Part shown: in pieces, positions 26,173 through 34,503 of the stretch
Layout of the letters: each line of letters starts with the position of its first letter
How positions within the stretch are numbered: the stretch's first letter is position 1
DNA from: a virus
Strand: one strand, 5' to 3'
DNA: 46,788 nt
Virus record (IMG/VR): IMGVR_UViG_3300040801_003297
The notes under the pieces: model-generated
The model's database searches: none
Told to the model about the DNA's origin: nothing
What the model saw: only the letters and a program-made list of their open reading frames with translations
Translations under genes and position numbers: made by a program

Positions 26173-28074
26173 GTGACTTACATCATCCCGGATCCGAGAG
26201 CGGCGAGCTTCAATCTTACCCGGGGCGGCTACATCATCCCGGATCCGAGAGCAGTAAACTTCGATCTCAACGCAGGAGACGAAGCGCCGCAGCCCTCTCG
26301 CGTTCCCGGTGTTATCGCTTCATTCGGTACACCTTGGAGAAAGAAGCCGCCCGTTAAACAGGCGATCGCCTCGATCGGTTATAACGAAGCCCCTGAGCGC
26401 CGTATATCTCGAGCGCTTAACGCGAGTAGCGCTAGTAAGCAACTCGAGCCTCGGACTCGCGCGCCTTTCAACAAGGCGACTTCTCTACCTCGTAGAGCTA
26501 CTACGCCTTGGGGTCGGCCGCAAAAACGCGAAGAGCTCATCACAGCTAAATTCGCTAACGGCAGACCGAGAGATGAAGCTAGTCGTCAGTCGGCTTGGGC
26601 GAAGGCGGGCACGATTCTCGATCCGTATGTCCGCGGTCTACATGAGAATGGTCATCCCAGAGACATCCAACCCAAGGGGCGATGGTACGAGACAGACCTT
26701 TACGGCCGAGGCGTGCCAGCCGTCGAGGCCGATTGGAGACGAGGTAGTTCGTACGTCTCGCCGATCGCCGCGTTGCTGGACATCAATACTGTGGTTCCCC
26801 GCACAGAGAACCCGGCGGACTTCATCATCGATACCACGCAGGCTGAGCCGGAAGCACGCATCGCGCCGACAGATCTGAAGTTCGCTTCTCCCGCCGGCGT
26901 CGCGGTACATCGAGACAGTAGCCCGAGACTACCTTGGGGGCCGGGCGGATTCAGGGACACTACGCTTCGGTTCGAGTACCCGGTCGACACCAGCCCTATC
27001 ATTATTCCGGGAGTCACCTTCCCGATCCCAGTTCGGAGGTTATACGTTGTGAGCAATAGTGCACAGATCGTAAGAGTGAGCGATGGACGCGATGTGCCCG
27101 CTCAGTCAGTAAGCATATCAACTTCGGTCGATGACTTCGCATGGACGATGTCAGCGTCTCTCAGCGGTGCTGCCGCGCTTGCTCTGGTGGAAGGGACCGA
27201 CGCGGCGCCCGTTGAGGTCGACGTCACGATCAACGGGACGACTTGGCGGATGCTGGTCGACGGCTGGTCTCTCACTGAAGCGGCGTTGACCCAGTCTGGC
27301 ACGATACGCGGTCGGTCCAAGTCGGCTTACCTCGCCGCGCCGTATTCAGACGTGAGGGATTACCGCGAATCGTCTACGCTTACCTCGCAACAGCTCGCTG
27401 AGCAAGAGCTGCCTTCGGGCTGGAGCCTAACGTGGGCTGCTCCTTCTTGGATCATCCCGGCTGACGCGTTCCAGTACACGGGCCTGACGCCGATTGCGGC
27501 AATCGCTAAAATTGCAGAGGCAGGCGGCGGGTACATCCAAAGCGATCTTACGTTGAACCGACTGCACATCAAGCAGCGTTACCCATTTGCGCCGTGGACG
27601 TGGGATCTAGAGACGCCCGACTTCGCAGTGCCTAAGGACATCATCCTCCAGCGGTCGAGCACCAAGAAGCCGGGACTCGGTAAGAACGGTGTCTACGTCC
27701 ACGGCGAAGTCGGAGGCGTGTTGGCACTGGTGAGGAGAAACGGCACTGCGGGCGATAAGCTACTCGGTACAATCGTTGATCCGCTCATCTCCGATACGCT
27801 TCCGGCTCGTCATCGAGGAATCAACGCGTTGGCCGGTGCGATGCGCCAGTCTACCGAGACGCACGAACTTCCGCTTGACGGAGCACTTGGTGGGCTTATC
27901 CTCCCAGGGAGCCTGCTCGGCGTAGGCGCCCAAGTTAGTGGGTCGTTTGTCAAAGAATGGACGGGGATGGTGAACGGCGTGACTGTTACGGCGAATGCAG
28001 CTCGCGCCGGGGATCGTGGAGTCAATCTCCGGGTTCGCCAGCAACTCAACGTAGAGCGTTTCTTCGAGGACTAA
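26173..28074 (+). CDS. Tail / host-recognition protein (hypothetical)
   Basis: 633 aa, GTG start. The N-terminus has a 17-aa duplication YIIPDPRAASFNLTRGG / YIIPDPRAVNFDLNAGD. Confidence 0.55.
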   Translation: MTYIIPDPRAASFNLTRGGYIIPDPRAVNFDLNAGDEAPQPSRVPGVIASFGTPWRKKPPVKQAIASIGYNEAPERRISRALNASSASKQLEPRTRAPFNKATSLPRRATTPWGRPQKREELITAKFANGRPRDEASRQSAWAKAGTILDPYVRGLHENGHPRDIQPKGRWYETDLYGRGVPAVEADWRRGSSYVSPIAALLDINTVVPRTENPADFIIDTTQAEPEARIAPTDLKFASPAGVAVHRDSSPRLPWGPGGFRDTTLRFEYPVDTSPIIIPGVTFPIPVRRLYVVSNSAQIVRVSDGRDVPAQSVSISTSVDDFAWTMSASLSGAAALALVEGTDAAPVEVDVTINGTTWRMLVDGWSLTEAALTQSGTIRGRSKSAYLAAPYSDVRDYRESSTLTSQQLAEQELPSGWSLTWAAPSWIIPADAFQYTGLTPIAAIAKIAEAGGGYIQSDLTLNRLHIKQRYPFAPWTWDLETPDFAVPKDIILQRSSTKKPGLGKNGVYVHGEVGGVLALVRRNGTAGDKLLGTIVDPLISDTLPARHRGINALAGAMRQSTETHELPLDGALGGLILPGSLLGVGAQVSGSFVKEWTGMVNGVTVTANAARAGDRGVNLRVRQQLNVERFFED

Positions 28075-28077
28075 TTC

Positions 28078-28305
28078 ATGGCCAACGTATTCAAGCAGCT
28101 TCGCAGTCTCATACCGCAAGACGTCACGCAAGTCGGCTCAGTCGTCTCATCTAGTCTGGATGGCACGAGCCTCATCAATCTGGTAGGTGGCGGGGAAGTA
28201 CGAGTTGCCGGCACAGGATTCTCCAACGGCACGCCCGTCTTCATCAGGGGTGGGCGCATAGTCAGTCAAGCGCCTAGTCTCACGGAGATCCCGATCGACG
28301 TGTAG
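28078..28305 (+). CDS. Small tail-associated protein (hypothetical)
   Basis: 75 aa with an RBS 5 nt upstream; last gene of the plus-strand block. Confidence 0.5.
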   Translation: MANVFKQLRSLIPQDVTQVGSVVSSSLDGTSLINLVGGGEVRVAGTGFSNGTPVFIRGGRIVSQAPSLTEIPIDV

Positions 28306-28672
28306 TGCCCGGTGGACGATAATTTGCGACTCTCTAATTACGCCCTCGTCGCTTGGCCTCATGATCCTCCGCTGAAAAGCACATAGGGGACGGCTGATCT
28401 TCGACATCATCGCTGTGCAGCTACGCGGACCGAGCATCGTAGCTCTTAGGATAAGGGCAACCCAACGCACTCAGCAATAGTACCTCACACCCTCCGGCCT
28501 AGATATAGGCCTTTCGCTGAGCAAAATGGTCAAATCTGGACTACTTGGAGATGATTCTAGGGGGGTGGCCCGTAGGGTAATATAGGTTTGATCCGGCTAT
28601 CGTCTGAGGGCATCTGAGAGCCTCGGACGGATCCGCGCCCTTACTATCTACCGAAACTAATGCGTCAGGCAT

Positions 28673-28700
28673 AAAAAAGGCGGCCTCCGAAGAGACCGCC
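28673..28700 (-). terminator. Rho-independent terminator (UUCG loop) ending the minus-strand early block
   Basis: Minus strand reads ggcggtctc-ttcg-gaggccgcc followed by tttttt (plus-strand A-run 28673..28678). Confidence 0.8.
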
Positions 28701-28814
28701 TTACCCGTCTGCGACGCGAGTGGGCGGCTCGCTAACCGGGGAAGGACGAACAACCCCTGTCTGTGTCCATTATACCCACCTGACGATAGGGATAATACAA
28801 GCGCGGGCGCCTGC

Positions 28815-29390
28815 TTACATCAAAACCTCAAGTTGCTCGAATACGCTTTTCCACGCGCCATTCTTCGTGCCTCGCTTGTACGTACACTTCGCGATCTCAT
28901 CATCGCCGTCGGTGCATGTGACCGCGCCGCCTGTTTCGGTGAGCTCGTAGCCCATCGACTCAGCTAACTTTCTGACTTCACGTCGGGCGGCATCGCCCTC
29001 CTTGGCGGTGACGTTCTCCTCGCCTGCGGGTACTTTACTCATGGGAGCTCCTTCTTTCTTCGCTGGTTTTGCTGGTGGTTTAGACGACGTTGTCGCCGGT
29101 GGATCTTCGCCGGTCCCGACGCGAATCACATCAGGATCGGCAAGAAGTGTCTCAAGGTAATCTTCCCAGTCGTAGCCAGGGAGCATCATCGTGGCGATGC
29201 CGCGAAGACCGTGAAGCTCGTTGAGCAGCGCGCATTCGATGTAGCGCGTGCGCTGCGTGATGTGAAGCCCGTTAGCCTCGGCTTTCTTGACGTCCTTGAG
29301 GATGTGCGGCCGTTCCTCTTTGAGGTTGGTGACCATACGTGTGAACTCTTTCGTCCACTTGTGCGTGTGCGGGTCTCGATGCTCAGCCAT
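28815..29390 (-). CDS. Hypothetical two-domain protein with a Pro/Lys/Ala-rich linker
   Basis: 191-aa ORF; its ATG overlaps the end of the upstream 53-aa ORF. Confidence 0.6.
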   Translation of the reverse strand: MAEHRDPHTHKWTKEFTRMVTNLKEERPHILKDVKKAEANGLHITQRTRYIECALLNELHGLRGIATMMLPGYDWEDYLETLLADPDVIRVGTGEDPPATTSSKPPAKPAKKEGAPMSKVPAGEENVTAKEGDAARREVRKLAESMGYELTETGGAVTCTDGDDEIAKCTYKRGTKNGAWKSVFEQLEVLM

Positions 29391-29544
29391 TGCGGGCTAC
29401 TCGCTCTGTGTCAATACGATCGACGACCGCCTCGAAGCAGAAGTCCGTGGCTTCCTTGCGTGAGGCGCCGTAGCCGAGATAGATCCTGCCGTTGAGCCGA
29501 AGAGTGACGTGCCACGTCCCGTCTGAAGAGAGTTGTGCTTTCAT
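29383..29544 (-). CDS. Hypothetical 53-aa protein (not in the ORF track)
   Basis: Own translation: MKAQLSSDGTWHVTLRLNGRIYLGYGASRKEATDFCFEAVVDRIDTERVARNG. RBS is AGGA, and the stop overlaps the start region of the next gene. GYGxSxKEAxxxxxxxA faintly recalls the end of a dsRBD. Confidence 0.45.
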   Translation of the reverse strand: MKAQLSSDGTWHVTLRLNGRIYLGYGASRKEATDFCFEAVVDRIDTERVARNG

Positions 29545-29601
29545 AGTGCCGTCCTGTATGTTGGTTTGAAAAGCGCGGCGACCACCGCCACGCGTTTGTC
29601 T

Positions 29602-29632
29602 ATTCTACCGTGAAAACTCACGAAGTGATACA
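29602..29632 (-). promoter_or_regulatory. Degenerate copy of the early promoter cassette
   Basis: Minus strand reads TGTATC-19 nt-TAGAAT with one TTCGTGA half-site; the spacing is 2-3 nt longer than in the good copies. Confidence 0.3.
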
Positions 29633-29638
29633 GCCGCC

Positions 29639-30085
29639 CTAGTCAAGGCGGCCTGCGCACGTCGGGCCAAGGCCCATTTGGATGCTGCTGGGAACCGTGA
29701 GCGCCCGACCACAACGACCGCAAGTTCCTTCGTGCCAGAACTGCGCCTGCGCGATGCGCTCATCGTCGTCAGCTTTCCAGCGGCCGATGTACCACTCCAA
29801 CGCCTTGAACGCAGGATGCTCGGCGTTGCCTTTGCGGCCGGCGGTGAGGTTCAAGTTGCTGCGCGGCATGAAGCCGATGTACTCGTACGAGTTCTCGTTG
29901 TCGGAGCCGACCAGCACCTTGACGAAGATGAGGCTGTCGTCATCGCTGCGCGAGAGCTTGAACGTGTAGCGCGCTGAGCGGCCGACGAGAGTCAACTTGC
30001 CCTTGCCGCCGTAGAGGTAGGCGATTGAGGCGGTGGGACCGAGCAGGCCGCGACGTTCTTCTTGGATTTCGACTTGAGCATTCAT
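29639..30085 (-). CDS. Hypothetical protein with a C-terminal CxxC...GxGPxC motif (DUF6011-like)
   Basis: Start at ATG 30085 behind the conserved RBS AAAGGACGAAACC. C-terminus is CGRCGRALTVPSSIQMGLGPTCAGRL. Confidence 0.6.
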   Translation of the reverse strand: MNAQVEIQEERRGLLGPTASIAYLYGGKGKLTLVGRSARYTFKLSRSDDDSLIFVKVLVGSDNENSYEYIGFMPRSNLNLTAGRKGNAEHPAFKALEWYIGRWKADDDERIAQAQFWHEGTCGRCGRALTVPSSIQMGLGPTCAGRLD

Positions 30086-30133
30086 GGTTTCGTCCTTTGT
30101 GGTAGTGGGGACCATTCCCCGATTCACATGAAC

Positions 30134-30176
30134 ATTCTACGGCCAATTCGTGAAGTTGTACACTGTTTTTCGCGAA
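30134..30176 (-). promoter_or_regulatory. Early promoter-operator cassette, copy A
   Basis: Minus strand: TTCGCGAAAAACAGTGTACAACTTCACGAATTGGCCGTAGAAT. It starts 1 nt after the polymerase stop codon. Confidence 0.65.
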
Positions 30177-32225
30177 TTATTTTCTGTACCTGTAAGCGAG
30201 GTAGCCTTCGGCCTTGAGAGGGAGACGCCGCGGGAGCGCGTTCGTCCAGTCAGGTTGTATCACCATGAGCTCGACGAACTTGTCCAGCGGCATGAAGTCC
30301 GGGCGTTGACTGCTGAGCACTTCGTCATGCACGTTGAGGAGAACGCGGAACATCGCTTCGTACAATGTCTCTTGGCTGAACATGAGCAAGTCACGAGCCG
30401 TTGCCTGTACGATGTTTTCGATGATCTTGCTAGGCGTCATGTTCTGACGAACCCACTGGCTCCTCGCGTTCTCAGCCATTATCGTAGTCGTGTAGATGTC
30501 TTCGCCCCACGGCGCTTTGACCCACTCGTTCTTCGGGGCGTAGTAGGCGAGGAATCTCCCTGAGTGCAGGCGGATCCACAAGTAGCCATGAGCGACCTGG
30601 AAACGCAGGCCCTTGTACTCCATCGTCTTGCCGGGCTTATCGACCGCCTTGATGATCGTGTCTTTGAGGTCGTACCACGATTGGGCTGTGACTTTATACT
30701 GCTGGCGGAATTCCTTGACATTTTGCTTCGCCTGAGCGACCGTCATCGGGATGCCTTTCTGCTGGTTCGTGGCGTGGATCGTTTTCCATCCTGCGCCGAA
30801 CATCGCGCCAAGGATCGTTGCCTTGGATTCTGTCCGAATCACGTCGGTCACCTCATCGATGCCGATGTTGAATTGCTTGGCGGCGAACGCCCGGTATTGG
30901 TCAACGCCGTTTTCGAATACGTCGAGCCCGACCGGATCCTGACAGAGCCAGACCGTCACGATGTTCTCAACACTGGAGAAGTCAGCGCAGTAGAACACCT
31001 CGCCGTCGGGCGGCACGATCATCGCCCGCAAGAGTTGCTTCGCGATGTCGAATGGCGTGCCCCCGTATATCGTCAAGGCCGCTTCGTAGTTCCCGGTCTT
31101 GATGTACTCGATGCAGTCGTCAAGGATGTTGAGACTTTTGCTGAGCGAGTCCCGCGGGAAGTTGTGCAGCTGAAGTCCTGCACCACCATTGCGCCCCGTC
31201 GTTGCTCGGTGGTAGACCATATTGTTGTGCGACTTGCCGTTCCACGCTACGTGGTTCATCGCGTCGAACTTCTTGGTCGAGACTTGGCTGAGCTCTTGCC
31301 GGATGATCAAGAACTCACGAGCATCAGGATCTATGTCCTCGTTGGTCAGGGCCGCGGCGATGTCGTCCTTGGTGTATCCCTCCAGTTGCACGCCTCGGGT
31401 CTCAAGCCATTCCATCGCCTTGTCACGCTGACCGTCGGTCTGCAAGGCTCCGCCTGTCAGTTCCCGGAGTTGTTCGGTCCGCTTTTCTCTCCACCATGAG
31501 AGCATGCTGCGAATCGCCTGAAACGCGTCGACGTCGAGGTTGATCCCTTCTTCATTCATCTTGCACGTCATGCGCCACGTGCGATCTTCGCCTGACCGGA
31601 ATTCAGGTCGGGGAAGCGCGGCAAAGATCTGGCACTCGACGATGACGTCGTCGGCGCAGTACGACGCGAACTTGCGAGCCTCATCAGGAAAGTCCGCCAT
31701 GCGGTTGCGGGTGGACTTGTCCTTCTTGGTGGGCTTGCGCGGCTTGGAGAACTTGTTGATGAGGCGCGTGCCGCTGGTGTCCTTCTGCTTCGCCAGCTTG
31801 AGCGCCTTGGCGCATTTATCCAGCGCGCCGGGGAGAGCGTGGATCCGACAAAGCGCGCCGGTGTCGCACCATGATTCGAACGGGACCTCATCCCAACCCA
31901 GGGAAGGGACGGCGACGTGATTCCAGATCGCCCTGTCGAACTCGCTGTTGAAAGCCCGAATGACCCAGCCTCTGGCAATGTAGGTGAAAAGTTCGACCGG
32001 TGGCGGATCGCCTTCAACCCACTTGTGCACCGTCTTGCCTTCGTCGGCGGTCCAGCATAGAATCAAGATCTCGGTCGATGGGTCCATGGCGTATCGCCAC
32101 GAGCCCGCTTTCTTGACGTCGATTTCCGAGTACGTCTCGAAGTCGATCGACAGCATCTTCCCCGGGATCAACCGAAGCTTAGAGTCAGGGACCTCAAAGA
32201 GGCCCCTCCTAGTTGCTGATGTCAT
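30177..32225 (-). CDS. DNA polymerase, family A, with an N-terminal 3'-5' exonuclease domain
   Basis: 682 aa. Exo motif MLSIDFETYS. Pol motif A YCADFSSVENIV, motif B ESKATILGAMFGAG, motif C LNVHDEV. Confidence 0.9.
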   Translation of the reverse strand: MTSATRRGLFEVPDSKLRLIPGKMLSIDFETYSEIDVKKAGSWRYAMDPSTEILILCWTADEGKTVHKWVEGDPPPVELFTYIARGWVIRAFNSEFDRAIWNHVAVPSLGWDEVPFESWCDTGALCRIHALPGALDKCAKALKLAKQKDTSGTRLINKFSKPRKPTKKDKSTRNRMADFPDEARKFASYCADDVIVECQIFAALPRPEFRSGEDRTWRMTCKMNEEGINLDVDAFQAIRSMLSWWREKRTEQLRELTGGALQTDGQRDKAMEWLETRGVQLEGYTKDDIAAALTNEDIDPDAREFLIIRQELSQVSTKKFDAMNHVAWNGKSHNNMVYHRATTGRNGGAGLQLHNFPRDSLSKSLNILDDCIEYIKTGNYEAALTIYGGTPFDIAKQLLRAMIVPPDGEVFYCADFSSVENIVTVWLCQDPVGLDVFENGVDQYRAFAAKQFNIGIDEVTDVIRTESKATILGAMFGAGWKTIHATNQQKGIPMTVAQAKQNVKEFRQQYKVTAQSWYDLKDTIIKAVDKPGKTMEYKGLRFQVAHGYLWIRLHSGRFLAYYAPKNEWVKAPWGEDIYTTTIMAENARSQWVRQNMTPSKIIENIVQATARDLLMFSQETLYEAMFRVLLNVHDEVLSSQRPDFMPLDKFVELMVIQPDWTNALPRRLPLKAEGYLAYRYRK

Positions 32226-32237
32226 AGCGATCCTTGT

Positions 32238-32453
32238 TTAGGCTTCGATGATTTCGACGCTTCCCATTTGGCAGGCGTCGGCGAATTCTCGGAGCTGGCG
32301 GTTTTGGCCGTAGAACCTGACGTAGGGGTTGCCGCCTGCAGGTCCGACCGGTTGAAGAGTGAGCATGCGAACCGAGTGCTTGTCGAGCGTTTCGAGCAAC
32401 TGGCAAAAGTCGGTGTTGTACGCGATGTCGATATCGAAGTAGAAGTCAAACAT
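32238..32453 (-). CDS. Hypothetical 71-aa protein
   Basis: ATG 32453 behind the conserved RBS AAAGGACGAAACT (MFDFYFDIDIAYN...); the gene ends 13 nt before the polymerase start. Confidence 0.6.
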   Translation of the reverse strand: MFDFYFDIDIAYNTDFCQLLETLDKHSVRMLTLQPVGPAGGNPYVRFYGQNRQLREFADACQMGSVEIIEA

Positions 32454-32505
32454 AGTTTCGTCCTTTGAGGTTAGAGGCGAAGGCGACGGGCCTTCACCTA
32501 ACTTC

Positions 32506-32548
32506 ATTCTATCGAGAATTCACGAGCCTGTACACTGTTTTTCGCGAA
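32506..32548 (-). promoter_or_regulatory. Early promoter-operator cassette, copy B
   Basis: Minus strand: TTCGCGAAAAACAGTGTACAGGCTCGTGAATTCTCGATAGAAT. It overlaps the 3' end of ORF 32520..32777. Confidence 0.6.
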
Positions 32549-32777
32549 CTTGCTCGTTGCCCCAGACGGCGACATAGATGAGAAGTCCGCCGTCCTCCTG
32601 CTCGTAGACGAGGAACTCGCCGGTGTTTTCGATGAGTGCGAAGTCACACCCGTTGCCCAAATTCTCTTGGCAGACGAGCGCACGTGGAGGATTGCTCGGG
32701 TCAATGCCCAGGGAGAGGATGTCTGACGTGTAGCGATAGGGCAAGTCATACGTGATCTGATCTTTGCTTATGAGCAT
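32520..32777 (-). CDS. Hypothetical 85-aa protein
   Basis: ATG with RBS CAGGAGG. The last 10 codons are encoded by the promoter cassette sequence. Confidence 0.55.
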   Translation of the reverse strand: MLISKDQITYDLPYRYTSDILSLGIDPSNPPRALVCQENLGNGCDFALIENTGEFLVYEQEDGGLLIYVAVWGNEQVREKQCTGS

Positions 32778-32796
32778 GGCGCCTCCTGCTGGCGTG

Positions 32797-32816
32797 AAAA
32801 AAGGGGCCGAAGCCCC
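32797..32816 (-). terminator. Rho-independent terminator with a UUCG tetraloop
   Basis: Minus strand: ggggc-ttcg-gcccc followed by tttttt. Confidence 0.75.
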
Positions 32817-32822
32817 GATCCC

Positions 32823-33110
32823 TTAGTGTGTGTAGAACCCATCGAGTCCGAACATTACGTACCCGCCGTTTCCAGCCGAGTTGACGATGTGGTTGATGTC
32901 AAATGATACCACAAACTTGTCGACTGAGGGGATGTTGACGACGAGATAGCGAGCGTCGCGAGCGTTGATGTTCCAGTATTCGACCAGCTTCGCTGCCGCT
33001 TTTTCCGCTGCCTTCTCGGCGGCCTTTTCGCTCTTGTACATTTTGCAAGGCGTCTTGGTTTCGGTCAGTCGGGCTTCAACTCGTGCGATGAGGTTTTTAA
33101 CTGTGTTCAT
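32823..33110 (-). CDS. Hypothetical 95-aa protein
   Basis: ATG 33110 behind the conserved RBS AAAGGACGAAATC (MNTVKNLIARVEARL...), with an internal EKAAEKAAEKAAAK repeat. Confidence 0.6.
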   Translation of the reverse strand: MNTVKNLIARVEARLTETKTPCKMYKSEKAAEKAAEKAAAKLVEYWNINARDARYLVVNIPSVDKFVVSFDINHIVNSAGNGGYVMFGLDGFYTH

Positions 33111-33165
33111 GATTTCGTCCTTTCTGGTTTCTGCTTTTGGGGACCATCCCCGTTTGCATGAGACC

Positions 33166-33208
33166 ATTCTACTGCTACTTCGTGAAGTCGTACACTGTTT
33201 TTCACGAA
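33166..33208 (-). promoter_or_regulatory. Early promoter-operator cassette, copy C
   Basis: Minus strand: TTCGTGAAAAACAGTGTACGACTTCACGAAGTAGCAGTAGAAT. The upstream half-site contains the stop codon of ORF 33202..33423. Confidence 0.65.
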
Positions 33209-33423
33209 AAAGGGTAATTATTTTCGCGGTGCCAGCGATTCGCGTATCGGAATAAGCCCTTGCGGGTGATCGGGCACTTGCCTCGGCGGAAATTGCGGCA
33301 CATGGTGGAGAACTGGTGCGTGTCGAAGTAGAGCACTATCCACTCAGGTCGGTCGGGCGGAGACCCGTCGTCTTCGATGACGCATACCCAGTAGGGCTGG
33401 TAGCGGCGAAAGCGGTATTTCAT
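33202..33423 (-). CDS. Hypothetical 73-aa basic, Cys-containing protein
   Basis: ATG 33423 with RBS AAAGGACGAAGTC (MKYRFRRYQPYWVCVIEDD...). Confidence 0.55.
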   Translation of the reverse strand: MKYRFRRYQPYWVCVIEDDGSPPDRPEWIVLYFDTHQFSTMCRNFRRGKCPITRKGLFRYANRWHRENNYPFS

Positions 33424-33446
33424 GACTTCGTCCTTTCGGTTGAGGA

Positions 33447-33462
33447 GGGGCCCGAAGGCCCC
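33447..33462 (-). other. Intercistronic GC hairpin (UUCG-type loop) without a U-run
   Basis: Minus strand: ggggcc-ttcg-ggcccc, placed between the stop of 33469.. and the RBS of 33423. Same context as the hairpin at 42238..42251. Confidence 0.6.
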
Positions 33463-33468
33463 GGTTGA

Positions 33469-33738
33469 TTATGCCACTCGCTTGCCGTTGAAGAACATGC
33501 CGATGGGAGAGTGGACCAGAAGGCCGCAGTCTTCCATGATTTCGAGCGGCGCCTTGCGGTCATTTTCCAGCTTGGCGAAGTATTCCTCGGGGGTGAAGTA
33601 CTTGGTCAGGGCCCGCTTGAACATCCCCATCTTGATGGGCGCGCCGCGATATTTGAACCGAGCGACGAATCGACCTTTGTAAGTGAGGTAGCCGCCTGAG
33701 AAGTTGAAATCGTCTTTAGTCCATGTGCTCATTTTCAT
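33469..33738 (-). CDS. Hypothetical ~88-aa protein
   Basis: Two candidate ATGs (33738 and 33732); RBS spacing favours 33732 (MSTWTKDDFNFSGGYLTYKGRF...). Confidence 0.6.
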   Translation of the reverse strand: MKMSTWTKDDFNFSGGYLTYKGRFVARFKYRGAPIKMGMFKRALTKYFTPEEYFAKLENDRKAPLEIMEDCGLLVHSPIGMFFNGKRVA

Positions 33739-33786
33739 CGTCCTTTCTGGTTTTGCCTTGGGGCCGTTCCCCGTTGGCATGAGACC

Positions 33787-33828
33787 ATTCTACCGCTTCT
33801 CGCGAAGTAGTACACTGTTTTTCGTGAA
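33787..33828 (-). promoter_or_regulatory. Early promoter-operator cassette, copy D
   Basis: Minus strand: TTCACGAAAAACAGTGTACTACTTCGCGAGAAGCGGTAGAAT. Confidence 0.65.
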
Positions 33829-33846
33829 AAAGTTGAAAAAGAATTA

Positions 33847-33860
33847 GGGGCCGAAGCCCC
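33847..33860 (-). terminator. UUCG-tetraloop hairpin followed by a U-rich tract (terminator)
   Basis: Minus strand: gggggcttcggcccc, then taattctttttcaacttttt. Confidence 0.6.
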
Positions 33861-33868
33861 CGAGCGCC

Positions 33869-34285
33869 TCAGGCCTGAGCCATCCAGCGCTTTGCGGCCC
33901 GACGGTTCGGCGCGCCCATCGCCATCGCCTGCTGGATCCAACGCTCCTGCTCTTCGGCCTCGCGTTGCTTGGCTCGCTCTTCGTACTCGAGCTCCTCGAC
34001 GATGCGGGCGCACCACTTGTCGTATTCCTCGATCAGCTCGTTGGTGGTCATCAGGCTGATGTCCAACCGGTAGCGCACGCCCATCACCTCTTTGGAGGCG
34101 TCGCTGATGCCGCCGTAGATCCCGTTGCGGAACTCGCTCATCTCCCAGTACATGGGCTCGTTCAGGAGGAGCGCCTTCTCGGCTTCGGCTTCCTCAACGG
34201 TGGCGTAAGCGCCTTGGCCTACGAGGCGATCCGTCTCGTCGCACTTCATCCATACGTTGTGTTCGGTCTGAGTGATTGTGATCAT
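33869..34285 (-). CDS. Hypothetical acidic 138-aa protein
   Basis: ATG 34285 with the conserved RBS block; Glu-rich helical C-terminus. Confidence 0.6.
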   Translation of the reverse strand: MITITQTEHNVWMKCDETDRLVGQGAYATVEEAEAEKALLLNEPMYWEMSEFRNGIYGGISDASKEVMGVRYRLDISLMTTNELIEEYDKWCARIVEELEYEERAKQREAEEQERWIQQAMAMGAPNRRAAKRWMAQA

Positions 34286-34314
34286 GATTTCGTCCTTTCT
34301 GGTTGGGTTAGGGA

Positions 34315-34503
34315 TTAAGCGATTTCAGTGCAGAGGGTAGATACTTGTCGCTGGCTGACTTGGCCCAAGGTGATCAGACGCTCGACGCCAGTGTTCCAGT
34401 TGTGAAGAGCGACGATGCGCTTTTCGTTGCTGACCAGAATCGTCTGGATGAAGGTGTATTGGTCAGCGATTTTTTCGACTTGCTTGATAGTGGTGATTTT
34501 CAT
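34315..34503 (-). CDS. Hypothetical 62-aa protein
   Basis: ATG 34503 behind the conserved leader and RBS. Confidence 0.55.
   Translation of the reverse strand: MKITTIKQVEKIADQYTFIQTILVSNEKRIVALHNWNTGVERLITLGQVSQRQVSTLCTEIA

Noticed and set aside
23398-28074. Diversity-generating retroelement targeting the tail fibre genes
   Set aside because: There is no reverse transcriptase ORF and no template/variable repeat pair. The only repeat is the in-frame 23-bp duplication at 26179/26230.
28306-28814. attP/integrase or tRNA gene in the long non-coding junction
   Set aside because: No integrase or recombinase ORF exists anywhere in the window, and I found no cloverleaf-compatible sequence or T-loop (GGTTCGAATCC-like) motif.
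30564-31499. 311-aa plus-strand ORF opposite the DNA polymerase gene
   Set aside because: It lies entirely antisense to a polymerase with all family A motifs. No start context or motifs; shadow ORF.
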